This document shows positions 47,101-55,950 of a stretch of 64,000 nucleotides of DNA, in pieces. Position 1 is the stretch's first letter. Every line of letters starts with the position of its first letter. The notes under the pieces were generated by a model, which was not told where the DNA came from, ran no database searches, and saw nothing but the letters and a program-made list of their open reading frames with translations. The stretch covers positions 7,978 to 71,977 of the forward strand of contig JAJYFE010000002.1 in NCBI GenBank assembly GCA_021785435.1. Reading direction: 5' to 3'. The DNA comes from Planctomycetota bacterium (GTDB taxonomy: Bacteria > Planctomycetota > Phycisphaerae > WQYP01). The position numbers and the translations under genes are program-made.

Positions 47101-49856
47101 GTAAGGCCGATGACGGCGATCGTCTGGCCCTGGCCGGTATAAGCGTTGCCGGCTGAATCAGTCGTCAATTGGTTGAAACCATAAGCATTGAGAACTTGGG
47201 TGGTCGCGAGCTCAGAAGCTGGCGGCGGTTCATGCCCCTGCGAAATCGTAAACTGGTATACCTGCGAGGAAAGGCCGGTTCCAGGATTCACCACACGCAG
47301 GCTTAGCGGATCGTTCGGCGAAAGCACGTTTGTGGTCTCATTGACCTGCTGCCCATACTCGCCACCGAGGCTGGCGACCTGAATCGAATTTGGAGTCCAC
47401 GAGGTGACGTCGGCTGTGACCCAGTCGTATGAGTGACCGGCATTGAACGATGCATTAAAGTCCTCCAGCCAAAGGTCGGGGCTGTCGCCGTTGAAGGCAT
47501 TCTGCGTTCCAAAGTTGCTGCCCTGGATCGCGAAGCTCCAATTGTCATAGCTCTGGCCCGATACGGGAATGGCTGTCGCCGTCACACCCGTGATCTTTGG
47601 CGGGCTTGCCGAGGTCCCAACCGATGGCGCTTGGAACGCGTAAACATTCGACACCTGGTTATTGTCTGGGTTCACCACCGTCAGGGTCAAGTTATCGCCG
47701 GGATTGATGAAGTACGTGCCCGTGCCGTAGTTGCCGCCCAGATTCGAAATGGCGATGGAGGTCGCGCTCCAGGCGCCGGAAGCTATGTTGGCCGTGACGC
47801 CGTTCTTCGAATCGGTGCTCCAACCAGCGGTGCTGTCGCTCAAGACCAGGTCAGCACCGGTGCCGTTGGAACCGAATCCGCCGCCGGTGACAGCAAAACT
47901 CCAATTATAGCCGCCGCCGCTCATCGGAATGGCGCCGGGAGTGGCATTCGTAATCGCTGGAACGGCCGAGTTGGTTACATTGCACCAGTCGATGACGTTG
48001 GTGGGAGTCCACGCGTTGCCGGCGGTGCTATACTCGCCGCCCGCGAACATCACTAGGTCGCCCACGGACGCCGAGGCCATCCCATAGCGTGGTTGGGACA
48101 ACTCAGCGAATGACCACTGGTTCGTGGTAACGTCAAATATATTGACGATGCCCGTGTAGTTACCAACCGCGGCATCGGATTCTGTGTCCCCACCCGCAAA
48201 AAAAGCAAGATCGCCGGAAGTAACTGCGGACATTTCACCCGCCGCCTGTGGCACAGCGGCGGTTGTCCACTGGTTAGTATCCAAGTTGTAGATGTCTACG
48301 GCGCCGCTGGCGGCGTAGCCGCCTACACCCGGCGGCAACCAGTTGCCCATCGTTACAACATCAGTTTGGTGGGTCTGTCCGCCAGCGAAGATCGCATCGT
48401 CGCCCACAGTTGTCGCTGCGATGCTGCTACGCGCCTGCGAGAGCAAGGCGGTGGACCATTTTCCATTGTTGGCGTTATAAATGTCCACTGCGGCAGTTGT
48501 ATTGGGAGTGGCGCTGGCAACATTGTTGACCGTCCCGCCCGCAAAGATCGCCAGATCGCCCACGGTGGTCGCGGCAATAAACCAGCGTGCTACCGAAAGC
48601 GTTGCCGTCGACCATGTTCCCGTGCTTGTGTTGTAAATGTCCACATCGCTGCTGGGCGACCATGTTCCGTCCGAATACGTGGCGCCACCGGCGAATATTG
48701 CGAGACTGCCCACGGTCCCGGCGGCCAAACCGTAACGCGCTTGCGAAAGGGCGGGTGCGCTGGACCACTGGCCGGTGCTGACATTGTAGGTATTTACCGC
48801 AGCGGTCGGAGCCCAAGCTCCGTTCGAGTATGACGCGCCGCCAGCGATGATCAGCTCATCGCCGACCGCAGTCCACCCCGCCCCGACCGTTGCGTCTGGC
48901 TGTACAGTGGCGGACCATTGGTCCGTGCCGGTGTTATATATCTCGAGACTGCTGTTAATAGCCCACCCGCCGCTTGTGTAATAACTTCCGCCCGAGAGGA
49001 CGACGTATTGGCCCACCGAGATCGCGCGCATCGCGCCACCGGGACTGGGCAATGAACTGGTTGACCATTGTCCTACGCCGGGCTGCGGCGCTGGAGCTGC
49101 TACCTGGTAAATGTTGGATGCTTGGCCGGTGCTGGGATTGGCGATCTGTACGGTCAGGGCGTCGCCTGACGAAATAACCCAGCTACCGCTGCCATAACCG
49201 CCCGTCAGACCGTCAATTTGAATCTGCGTGTCCGACCAATTGACGACATTTGCGGTTACGGCGTCGTTGGAACCGGAATACCCGGCACCCCAACCTGCTG
49301 TGGCGTCGTAGATCAGCAAGTTGGAACTATCGCCGTTGAAGGGCGATTGCGACCCAAAACCACCGCCCGTAATCGTAAATTCCCAGTTGTAGTAACTTTG
49401 TCCGTTGATTGGTATCGCGGTGAGGCTCACGCTGGCGATCACGGGGCCCGTCGTTGTAGCATCGGTGGATACGGCCAGACTGACCGAGTCTGTGGAGGGC
49501 TGCAGTAGCGTGGGGGATTCGGCCGGATTCGCCGTGCCGACAGTGGTGGAATCCACGCCCGCTACCAACGGCACCGTGACGGACCGCGTGGCGGCGGATA
49601 GGGCCGCCAGTGCAGCGGTGGGAAGCAGGCCGGACCCGCTCAACAGCAGCCGCGGCTCGAGGGCTTCAAAGACGGGGCGCTGGGCACGGGGCGGCCGCCT
49701 GAAAGATCGGCTGGGCCAAGCGTCCACCCCCGTAAAGGGCAGGCCAAGGTTTAACGAGGCCACAACTCGCTTAATAAACGCACGCCCCCGCACCCGGCCG
49801 ATCCGAGGCGCGCGACCCGTGTCAGAACGCGCCGCGGAAAATATGCGAACACCCAT
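44103..49856 (-). CDS. Giant secreted protein: FEALEPRLLLSGS N-terminal motif, IPT/TIG-like and Kelch-type propeller repeats, two sedolisin (S53) peptidase domains
   Basis: Two copies of GQGQTIA[VI]... VEWAH[AV][VI]AP... GGTS[AL][GA][AC]P[QM]WAGL[IV]AL[AV]DQG. Kelch-like repeats (IYNTGTDQWS, VDIYNTSTGTWS). AAGGAGG RBS before the ATG at 49856. Confidence 0.7.
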   Translation of the reverse strand: MGVRIFSAARSDTGRAPRIGRVRGRAFIKRVVASLNLGLPFTGVDAWPSRSFRRPPRAQRPVFEALEPRLLLSGSGLLPTAALAALSAATRSVTVPLVAGVDSTTVGTANPAESPTLLQPSTDSVSLAVSTDATTTGPVIASVSLTAIPINGQSYYNWEFTITGGGFGSQSPFNGDSSNLLIYDATAGWGAGYSGSNDAVTANVVNWSDTQIQIDGLTGGYGSGSWVISSGDALTVQIANPSTGQASNIYQVAAPAPQPGVGQWSTSSLPSPGGAMRAISVGQYVVLSGGSYYTSGGWAINSSLEIYNTGTDQWSATVQPDATVGAGWTAVGDELIIAGGASYSNGAWAPTAAVNTYNVSTGQWSSAPALSQARYGLAAGTVGSLAIFAGGATYSDGTWSPSSDVDIYNTSTGTWSTATLSVARWFIAATTVGDLAIFAGGTVNNVASATPNTTAAVDIYNANNGKWSTALLSQARSSIAATTVGDDAIFAGGQTHQTDVVTMGNWLPPGVGGYAASGAVDIYNLDTNQWTTAAVPQAAGEMSAVTSGDLAFFAGGDTESDAAVGNYTGIVNIFDVTTNQWSFAELSQPRYGMASASVGDLVMFAGGEYSTAGNAWTPTNVIDWCNVTNSAVPAITNATPGAIPMSGGGYNWSFAVTGGGFGSNGTGADLVLSDSTAGWSTDSKNGVTANIASGAWSATSIAISNLGGNYGTGTYFINPGDNLTLTVVNPDNNQVSNVYAFQAPSVGTSASPPKITGVTATAIPVSGQSYDNWSFAIQGSNFGTQNAFNGDSPDLWLEDFNASFNAGHSYDWVTADVTSWTPNSIQVASLGGEYGQQVNETTNVLSPNDPLSLRVVNPGTGLSSQVYQFTISQGHEPPPASELATTQVLNAYGFNQLTTDSAGNAYTGQGQTIAVIGLTNDLNLYADVNAFDYNMKAANGDNLYGTYGGASTWLTVTDQNGNVLSPGQYNPDTENCGNDSGDGLENVLDVEWAHAVAPAAKIVVVEEDSSAWVGWTWRGLPQIGAYSPVDLANAVKTALNFSPSVVSMSLGWREWNSSDSLWGGATETSLDSAFATSGVTFVAAAGDQWNTVNWPSASGNVLSVGGTVFNGPSATGGLDAAGDYPSGGESAWHDGNGPYQGTAWGTSQYEPQPSYQQGANGLSDTSDRSTPDVSYCAKPYAIYTSSGWEAVLGTSAGAPQWAGLIALADQGRADAGLPTLTGNAQTLPALYTASASDFYLNSAGSQYAKYGYQDETGLGTPKANLLVPYLAAYSAAQSPAISGVAPGSPTEFLWYYNDDLTISGSGFGSQAAFDGTSPYIDVYDVTQDFHAGGTGDAVGLEVTNWTDSELTVAGFSGWAYGDWPYQAQPGDTIEVTVSNPGTGLVSNVATAILPALGPGSTTPSGLTPTQMREAYGLGAYGASTINFGGTPAYGQGQTIAIVDAYNDPYIVADANAFSAEFGLPQFGTAGGPTLSVVNQDGGSSELPSDGGSWTSEESLDVEWAHVIAPDANIVLVEANSSAGDLYTAVQTAASLNGVVAVSMSWGEPESDLTTLWWSYEPSYDKLLVTPPGHTGGSGLAGGVTFLASTGDQGAPGNYPAYSPNVVAVGGTTLTVNANGSGGYSWGGEVGWSLGSDSWNPAIAGGGGISQSEPQPAYQSGKTNGLGSGYRTTPDVSMDADPATGVPIYDSYDYGSAAPWINREEGGTSLACPMWAGLVALVDQGRASLGDGSLSSGQTLSALYNLPSTDFHDITSGYNGYYAGPGYDLVTGLGSPIANLLVPGVVSATAVPQSSQGTSRTHAGSLNSGYGPAAQVGVPLGRAGAGVAGNGSALAFDSAIGSALARSTTSGAVRVVASFGGSAYWILPAGDFSGGPISTASFGTVSPPGASPTSRLAGGLDASLAPDILRLPLEARPL

Positions 49857-50197
49857 GGAAAGCCTCCTTACGTCGGCTTCACCCTAATCTCCAGGTTTAC
49901 ACGCTTCCTTGAAATTAATTACAGCAAAGGCGGAAAATGGTTACACTCGGCGGCCATGAGTTTCCCGTATTCCACGGTTTTTCCGCCCTTGGCGTGGACC
50001 GCGGCACACAAGCCCATGCGACCACCCTTCCACCGCCACGCACGGCAACCCGCGAACGCCGCCGCCCCTGGCAACGCCCATCCGCCGAAAGCCCCAAGCA
50101 ACCCCCTTGCCCCGAGCGCCACAACCGGCTTGGCCATCCTTGTGCTAATGCTCTCCGTCACCCGACAACCGGGTCGAAATATATGTTAATCGCGGGC

Positions 50198-50225
50198 CAT
50201 TATACTGGAGCTAAAAAATATTGCA
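50198..50225 (-). promoter_or_regulatory. Candidate sigma70-type promoter on the minus strand (TTGCAA-N16-TATAAT), ~340 nt upstream of the giant sedolisin gene
   Basis: On the minus strand, -35 TTGCAA at 50220-50225 and a perfect -10 TATAAT at 50198-50203. It sits in an AT-rich patch that also belongs to repeat family 5. Confidence 0.4.
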
Positions 50226-50309
50226 AGCCATCAATTGTGATGACGCCGTTAAGCCTCCAGCGATCAGCATCCGGCGATCAGCGGACCGCCTTTCGCGCTG
50301 GAAACGGCG

Positions 50310-50927
50310 CTAACGCATCGCCGCGATGATGTCAGGCACGGCCCGCTTCATCGCGTCCTGCAGTGCCGCGGCTATGCCTTTCTCGTAGTCGGCGGTGGAC
50401 ATGAACCCGCTCAGACGCGGCTGGCTGACATCACCCTCATACTCTTTATTCAGGACGATAGCCCCGCCCTTCCTCACGGTCAGCGTGAACCTTACCGTGC
50501 TGTGGATGACGTACTGATAGTCGTCCGAAAATATTTTCAGCACAGTGCCGCTGACGACGACCGCGTCGCGGGCCTGTTGGCGCCGATCGACGAGTTGCAC
50601 GCGGCAGCCGGCATGGGTCAACTCGGCCGCCAGGGCTCTGGCCACCCAGCCGCCGGCCGAGTTCGGCTTCTTCAGCTCGATCTGCCCGATCTGCAGCGCC
50701 AGTCGCTGCGCGGCCACCGCCTTCTTGTTTTTGCGGGCGTCCGCGAAACGCGCGACGGAGAGCGCCTTGCCCTGGGCCGCCGCGTTAGGCGGCGTAATGG
50801 GCGCGGGATACGTCAGCCGCACCAGTCCGGCACCGCATCCGGCCAGACCCACCAGGCTCAGCGTGACCAGCACGCCAGGCTCAGCCGTCCGAAGAATTCG
50901 ACCGATCATGGTAAATCCGCTATGCAA
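50310..50927 (-). CDS. Lipoprotein of unknown function
   Basis: Signal peptide plus lipobox LVGLAGCGAG. 205 aa. No recognised domain. Confidence 0.55.
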   Translation of the reverse strand: MHSGFTMIGRILRTAEPGVLVTLSLVGLAGCGAGLVRLTYPAPITPPNAAAQGKALSVARFADARKNKKAVAAQRLALQIGQIELKKPNSAGGWVARALAAELTHAGCRVQLVDRRQQARDAVVVSGTVLKIFSDDYQYVIHSTVRFTLTVRKGGAIVLNKEYEGDVSQPRLSGFMSTADYEKGIAAALQDAMKRAVPDIIAAMR

Positions 50928-51119
50928 GCCGCGATTTTGAATCCTCGCCCCTTATCCACTTACAACTTCCGCCGCGAAAGGTTACAAGGCGCTTACGGAC
51001 CACCGGACCGGAATATTAAGAACCTCGCCGATTATCGTCAGGTCAGGATATTTGCCAAGTCGTCAATTGTGATGATATCACTAAGCGGTCGGCGATCAGC
51101 GGTCAGCACTTATACCACA

Positions 51120-51315
51120 GGCACGTAAGATTGAAACCATCGCGGCCGGGGCCAGCGGACCGCCCATTGGGGGGCGGCCTTCCAGGCCGCCATGGCCTCG
51201 GGTCGAATCGGGCAGGCCGCCACAGTTTAACCGCTGCCGCGGAGCGACTCGCCGCGGCGAGATGCCCGCCCCCATGCGGGCCTTCCAACCATGTCTCAAT
51301 CTTTAAGTGCGCGCG
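51120..51315. repeat. Structured ~200-bp repeat, copy B (homologous to 13530-13730), preceded by a family-5 front segment at 51040-51110
   Basis: See copy A. The 51040-51110 stretch (CAATTGTGATGA...CGGCGATCAGCGG) is homologous to 50213-50290. Confidence 0.55.
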
Positions 51316-51814
51316 GTATGGCATCCGGCATTTGGCGTCCGCGTCTCAATCTGGACGTTGATCCGGGCCGTGGGCTGACCCACGGCCTGTTGGTCGGGAC
51401 CGCCACGGATCTGATGCCGCTGGTGCTTTTCGTGATAACGTATACTCGGTGCGGCCACCAATGATACATCCTTGTGAAGGCAAGAAGAGTATCTATACCG
51501 CCCCGGTGCGCCGGGATACCGCCTGCTGTTGTCGCGCTGGCGATGCAGGCAAGATGCCTGCGGTACAAGGGACTGCGCCGTCGATTGGCCTCATTCGGGG
51601 GCGAGCGAAGTATAGATACCCTATTCGGCCGCGCAGATAGCCGATGACACGGCCGACCCGAAACGAAACTTGCTCTCCCTGGGCGGAACCTCCGGAGAAC
51701 CCACCGCCTCAAAGCGCCGCAGACCGCGCTACAAGCCGGGGTTCTCCAGGACCGCCCCGGAATGGCAAGCGCTCGTGGCATGGCCACTGACGACCCAGGG
51801 GCGATCAGGGAAAC

Positions 51815-51900
51815 GGAGAGAGTGGGATTCGAACCCACGTCGCACTTGCGCACGAACCGGTTTTCGAAACCGGCGCCTTCAGCCGCTCAGCCATCTCTCC
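51815..51900 (-). tRNA. tRNA-Ser (anticodon CGA), class II with long variable arm
   Basis: Reverse complement reads GGAGAGA-TG-GCTGAGCGGCTGAAGGCG-CCGGT-TTCGAAA-ACCGG-[TTCGTGCGCAAGTGCGACG]-TGGG-TTCGAAT-CCCA-CTCTCTCC. 7-bp acceptor stem, T-loop TTCGAAT, anticodon loop uuCGAaa. Confidence 0.85.
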
Positions 51901-52027
51901 ACGGCCGCCACGGGCGGTGAGCTAAGTTGTATTTTCAGCCATTCCACCGTCTGCGCCAAGCGCCCTGTCTCCCAACCGCTGCCGCCGCCCGCGCAGCCCC
52001 CCGCCGGGACTGAAAAGTGAAAACGGT

Positions 52028-53053
52028 TTAGGCATACGACACCCGTGGGTCGGCGATGGCGTAACATATATCGGTTATCAAATATGAAATCAACGTCAGC
52101 GCCGAAACGATCAGACTGACGTCCTGAATCACCGGCAAATCCCGGGCCAGGATGGCCGAATACGCCAACTGGCCCATTCCGGGAATGGAAAAAATGGTCT
52201 CCACGATCACCGATCCGCCCAGCATGCCCGGCAGGATCGCGGCGGAAATGGTCAGCAGCGGCAGCAGGCTGTTGCGAAACACATGCCGGAGGATCACCGT
52301 GGTTTCCCGGAGACCCTTGGCCCGGGCGGTCCGGGTGTAATCCTGACGCAGGTTTTCCAGCATGGCGGACTGCACCTGCTGCGCCAGGAACGCGAAACTT
52401 CCATAGCTTAAGCACACCACGGGCAGCGCCACATGCCAGAAATAATCACCCAGATATTGAAAGAAAGTCAGGCTGGAGGTGTTCGTGGAATGAATGCCCG
52501 CGGCGGGGAACCAGTCCAGATACTGTGGATTCGCCAGAAACCCGACGGCCATCGATCCCACCCAGATCAGGGGCAGGGAAAACAGGGCCAGGGCGGTGAA
52601 GTTGAACACCCGGTCAAACCACCGGCCGCGCTGCACCGCCGCCAGCAAACCACCGGGAATCGCCACCCCATACACCACCACCAGGGAAATGAGATTCAGC
52701 GCCAGCGTCACCGGCAGACGCTGGCGGATCAGCGTCAGCACCGGCTCATCGTACTCCAGGGAAGTGCCGAACCGGCCGGTCACGGTGTCGCGCAGCCACA
52801 GCAGATATTGCAGGGGCAGAGCAATCGGCTGACCGCGGCGGTTCACCAGGTGCAGCCGGCGGGCCAGATAGCGGCTTTCCTGGGCCTGGGCCTGCTTGGA
52901 TTGCAGCAGGCCCGCGTTCATTTGTCCGCCGCTGGTGGTCAGGCCCGGGGCGAAACGGACCACGGCGAACAGCAGGAAAGTCATGCCCAGCAGGGTGGGA
53001 ATCATCAGCAACACGCGTTTGACGATATACGTAAACATGTAGATCCAACCCAT
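52028..53053 (-). CDS. ABC transporter permease (DppB/OppB family)
   Basis: Start MGWIYMFTYIVKRVLLMIPTLLGMTFLLFAVVRFAPG, six TM helices and an EAA-like loop (RTARAKGLRETTVILRH). Confidence 0.8.
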   Translation of the reverse strand: MGWIYMFTYIVKRVLLMIPTLLGMTFLLFAVVRFAPGLTTSGGQMNAGLLQSKQAQAQESRYLARRLHLVNRRGQPIALPLQYLLWLRDTVTGRFGTSLEYDEPVLTLIRQRLPVTLALNLISLVVVYGVAIPGGLLAAVQRGRWFDRVFNFTALALFSLPLIWVGSMAVGFLANPQYLDWFPAAGIHSTNTSSLTFFQYLGDYFWHVALPVVCLSYGSFAFLAQQVQSAMLENLRQDYTRTARAKGLRETTVILRHVFRNSLLPLLTISAAILPGMLGGSVIVETIFSIPGMGQLAYSAILARDLPVIQDVSLIVSALTLISYLITDICYAIADPRVSYA

Positions 53054-53183
53054 GCATGGCGCCCGCGCGGCCCGCAGCGCCCGGGGCCGGTGGAAGCACC
53101 GCCCGCCGTGTCCCGTCCACCTGGTTTTTCCAGGGAAGGCCTGAAGGCGACGGCCCGGGTGTGGCGCGGGGGGCGATCCTGAT

Positions 53184-53972
53184 TTAAGCCGCCGGGTTCA
53201 CACCCGGGGCCGGTGCGGCCCTATCCCCCACCGCGGCCAGCAGGGCGGCACAGGCCAGGGCCGCCGTCTCCACCCGCAATATATGTTCGGCCAGGCGCAC
53301 GGGCCGGGCCCGGCGCGTGCCGCTTAGCAGATCCCGTTCACGGGGGCTGAAATCCCCTTCCGGCCCGATCAGTATAACCGGTCCCGGAATCGGCGCGGAG
53401 GAAGCGACGGCTGCGGCCAGCACATGCCGGTCCAACCACGTCCACAGCGACTGGGCGGCCGCCGGATCAGCCCAAAGCACATCCCGGGCGCTATACGCCG
53501 GGTGTTCGAGAAGTTGCTCCAGCGGGGTGGGGCCGTCGAGCGCCAAAACGAAGTTCCGACCGCATTGTTTAGCGGCCTCGATCGCAGTCCGGCGCCAGGA
53601 GCGCATCTTTTCCCCCTCCGCGGCCGGCCGCACCACGCTGTGCGCGCAATGAAGCCATATCAGACGCGGAACGCCCAGCTGGCTGGCCTGTTCCACCAGC
53701 ATGGAAGCCCGCTGCCCCTTCGGAACAGCGGAAGCTAAAATCCAGTCCAGCCGGGGCGGCGGATCCTGATGCGGCGCTTCGCTCAAGACGCAGAAAACCG
53801 CGGCACCCTGAAGCTGCATCGTCCCCGCCGCCCATCCGCCGCGACCGTCGAACACGATCAGCGGATCGTCGGGGCGGGTGCGTAACACGTGCCGGGCATG
53901 GTGGGCCTCCTCGGCGGAGAGGCGACACCGCGGGGCCGTCAGGTTTTCAACGTAAAAACGTGGCACTTCCAC
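53184..53972 (-). CDS. rsmE: 16S rRNA (uracil1498-N3)-methyltransferase
   Basis: RsmE pattern: PUA-like N-terminus and ILIGPEGDFSPRE. Confidence 0.7.
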   Translation of the reverse strand: MEVPRFYVENLTAPRCRLSAEEAHHARHVLRTRPDDPLIVFDGRGGWAAGTMQLQGAAVFCVLSEAPHQDPPPRLDWILASAVPKGQRASMLVEQASQLGVPRLIWLHCAHSVVRPAAEGEKMRSWRRTAIEAAKQCGRNFVLALDGPTPLEQLLEHPAYSARDVLWADPAAAQSLWTWLDRHVLAAAVASSAPIPGPVILIGPEGDFSPRERDLLSGTRRARPVRLAEHILRVETAALACAALLAAVGDRAAPAPGVNPAA

Positions 53973-54340
53973 GGGCCTTGGCTCCGGTCGCCATCAGATG
54001 TCCCCAGATTACCCCGCGCGGCGGATGCACCGCAACTCTAAAACCACAGATCCGACGCATTTCACGGATTTTAAATGAAATGGACCGGCCCGCGCGCTAC
54101 GCGAAAAAACCTTGTGCCCACTGTGGAGATTCGAATGGATTGTGGGCCAACGCGGCCCGCCGCGGCAGCTGTTTTCCATGGGGCCTGCCAGGAAAAATTT
54201 TGGCGGGACGCGGGAACCTTGAGGGATAGTGATACGGATTTTTAACCCCAACCCGTCGGGACGCACCCGGATAAACTCCCCGCGTTAAATTCGCGCAAAC
54301 GACAGGCAACCGCTGCTTAAAGCAACGACAAGTTAAACGG

Positions 54341-55024
54341 TTAGTGGATTTTCATCGCCTTCGGTTTGGCCGCCGCAGCCGATGGCGCAGGATGGATCGC
54401 CGCGGCGGCGCGCGGTCCGGGGCCGGGGGCTGGCTCCTGTCGCGCATGGCTGGTCAACATGATGGTCGCGACAATGCCAATGATCAGCACAATGGCGGTG
54501 GCGATCACAAAGCGCGACCAAGGGGATAAATTCAGGCCCTCCATGGGATCTTCACCCGGTGCCGACCGTTTCTGCGGCGCCAGCAGGGGGTCATAGGCGA
54601 GCATGGATTGTTCCGCGGCGCCGCCGAGGCGCGCCGCCTCAATTTGCACCGCGGCCGCGAGGCGCGCCCAAGTATCCGCGGGCATGGCGACCGATGCTGT
54701 TGCCGGCGCGGCCATGCTGCTGGCGGAGTCAGGGGCGTGCGGGGAGTTCTCCAGCGCCTCCGTATTGCTCCGCACCGCGGAGCAATCAGCCGCGGACCGG
54801 GGAGCGGGCCCGGCTTGTTGAATCATCTGCGCCAACCGGGCCCCCAAGTTTTCATCCGTACAGGCCCCCGTGGCATAGACGCGATAGGCTTGCCGCACCG
54901 CCCGCTGCAGGATCAGTTCGGCTTTTGCCGCCCCCCCCGCGGACTGCGCCAGCGCGTACAGGTTGTCGCGCTGCGGATCCACCATCTCAAGAAAGCGACG
55001 ACTTACGGATTCAATCATTTGCAA
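54341..55024 (-). CDS. Hypothetical single-pass membrane protein (anti-sigma-factor-like architecture)
   Basis: Cytoplasmic helical N-terminus, Ala-rich linker, TM FVIATAIVLIIGIVATIMLT. No motif identified. Confidence 0.35.
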   Translation of the reverse strand: MQMIESVSRRFLEMVDPQRDNLYALAQSAGGAAKAELILQRAVRQAYRVYATGACTDENLGARLAQMIQQAGPAPRSAADCSAVRSNTEALENSPHAPDSASSMAAPATASVAMPADTWARLAAAVQIEAARLGGAAEQSMLAYDPLLAPQKRSAPGEDPMEGLNLSPWSRFVIATAIVLIIGIVATIMLTSHARQEPAPGPGPRAAAAIHPAPSAAAAKPKAMKIH

Positions 55025-55127
55025 CGATCCGGGCTTGGCTTATAGGTTCCAAGTCTTACACCCCCGGTTGCGGGTGGCTTCTTTCTCCGCGCCTATCTCC
55101 TATCTCCGGACCCCTACAACCGGAAAC

Positions 55128-55832
55128 CTACTTTCCCGGCACCGGCGCCGGGGCGGGTAGTGGAGGACTCAGCAACGCGTCGGAAATCGTAACGCCATCA
55201 TGGAGCATCATCGGAACCAGACCGGGATAAGATGGATCATCCCGGTAGGCCTGCTCGTAATACCGCGCGGCCTGTGTTTTTTGGCCCAGACGATCGAAGA
55301 ATTTCCCCACCTGTACCAGGACCGCCGGATTTTGCCGCGCCATCACGGCGGCTTTCATGTAATTCACGCGGGCGTCATCCAAGTCTCCCAGCCGCGCATA
55401 GAAGCGCGCGACGCGCAGCCGCCCGGTGACGCGCCCGGTCAACGCGGCATCGTGCTCCAGAAAATTCATGGCCTCGTTGGATTTACCTTCTTTAATCAGG
55501 GCCTCGGCCATGGCGCTCTTCACATTGCCGTAATTCGGATCCACCTGCCAGGCCAGTTTGTAGTGGTAAACCGCCTGCTCGTATCGGCCGAGCATAAAAT
55601 CGGCGGCGCCAGCGTAATAGTTGCCGCGCGGCTCGGATTGGTTGTATTGCAGTGCGGCATGGAATTTACTCAACGCCGCCTGATACCGCCCCTGGTGGTA
55701 AAGGCTCAGCCCCTGGTTGCGCAGTTGCATGGCCGGTGATTGGCAACCGGCCAAAAACGCCATGATCCCCGCCGCTGCGAGCATGGCCAACCCCCGAACC
55801 TTTCCGCTTCCAATTACGCCTTGAGTTTGCAT
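55128..55832 (-). CDS. TPR-repeat lipoprotein
   Basis: Lipobox FLAGCQSP. About 5 TPR-like units (YHQGRYQAALSKF, YYAGAADFMLGRYEQA...). Confidence 0.6.
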   Translation of the reverse strand: MQTQGVIGSGKVRGLAMLAAAGIMAFLAGCQSPAMQLRNQGLSLYHQGRYQAALSKFHAALQYNQSEPRGNYYAGAADFMLGRYEQAVYHYKLAWQVDPNYGNVKSAMAEALIKEGKSNEAMNFLEHDAALTGRVTGRLRVARFYARLGDLDDARVNYMKAAVMARQNPAVLVQVGKFFDRLGQKTQAARYYEQAYRDDPSYPGLVPMMLHDGVTISDALLSPPLPAPAPVPGK

Positions 55833-55950
55833 ACCAGACTCCCAACTTTCCCGAATGGAAACCTAAATCCCAGGACCTTGTAGCCTCGAACCTTTATCCT
55901 CAAACCGGATCCCGAAAACCTACGGCACTGCTTGATGGTATCATTGAAAT

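Noticed and set aside
51296-51853. 185-aa minus-strand ORF
   Set aside because: It overlaps the structured repeat and runs into the tRNA-Ser gene. Junk composition.
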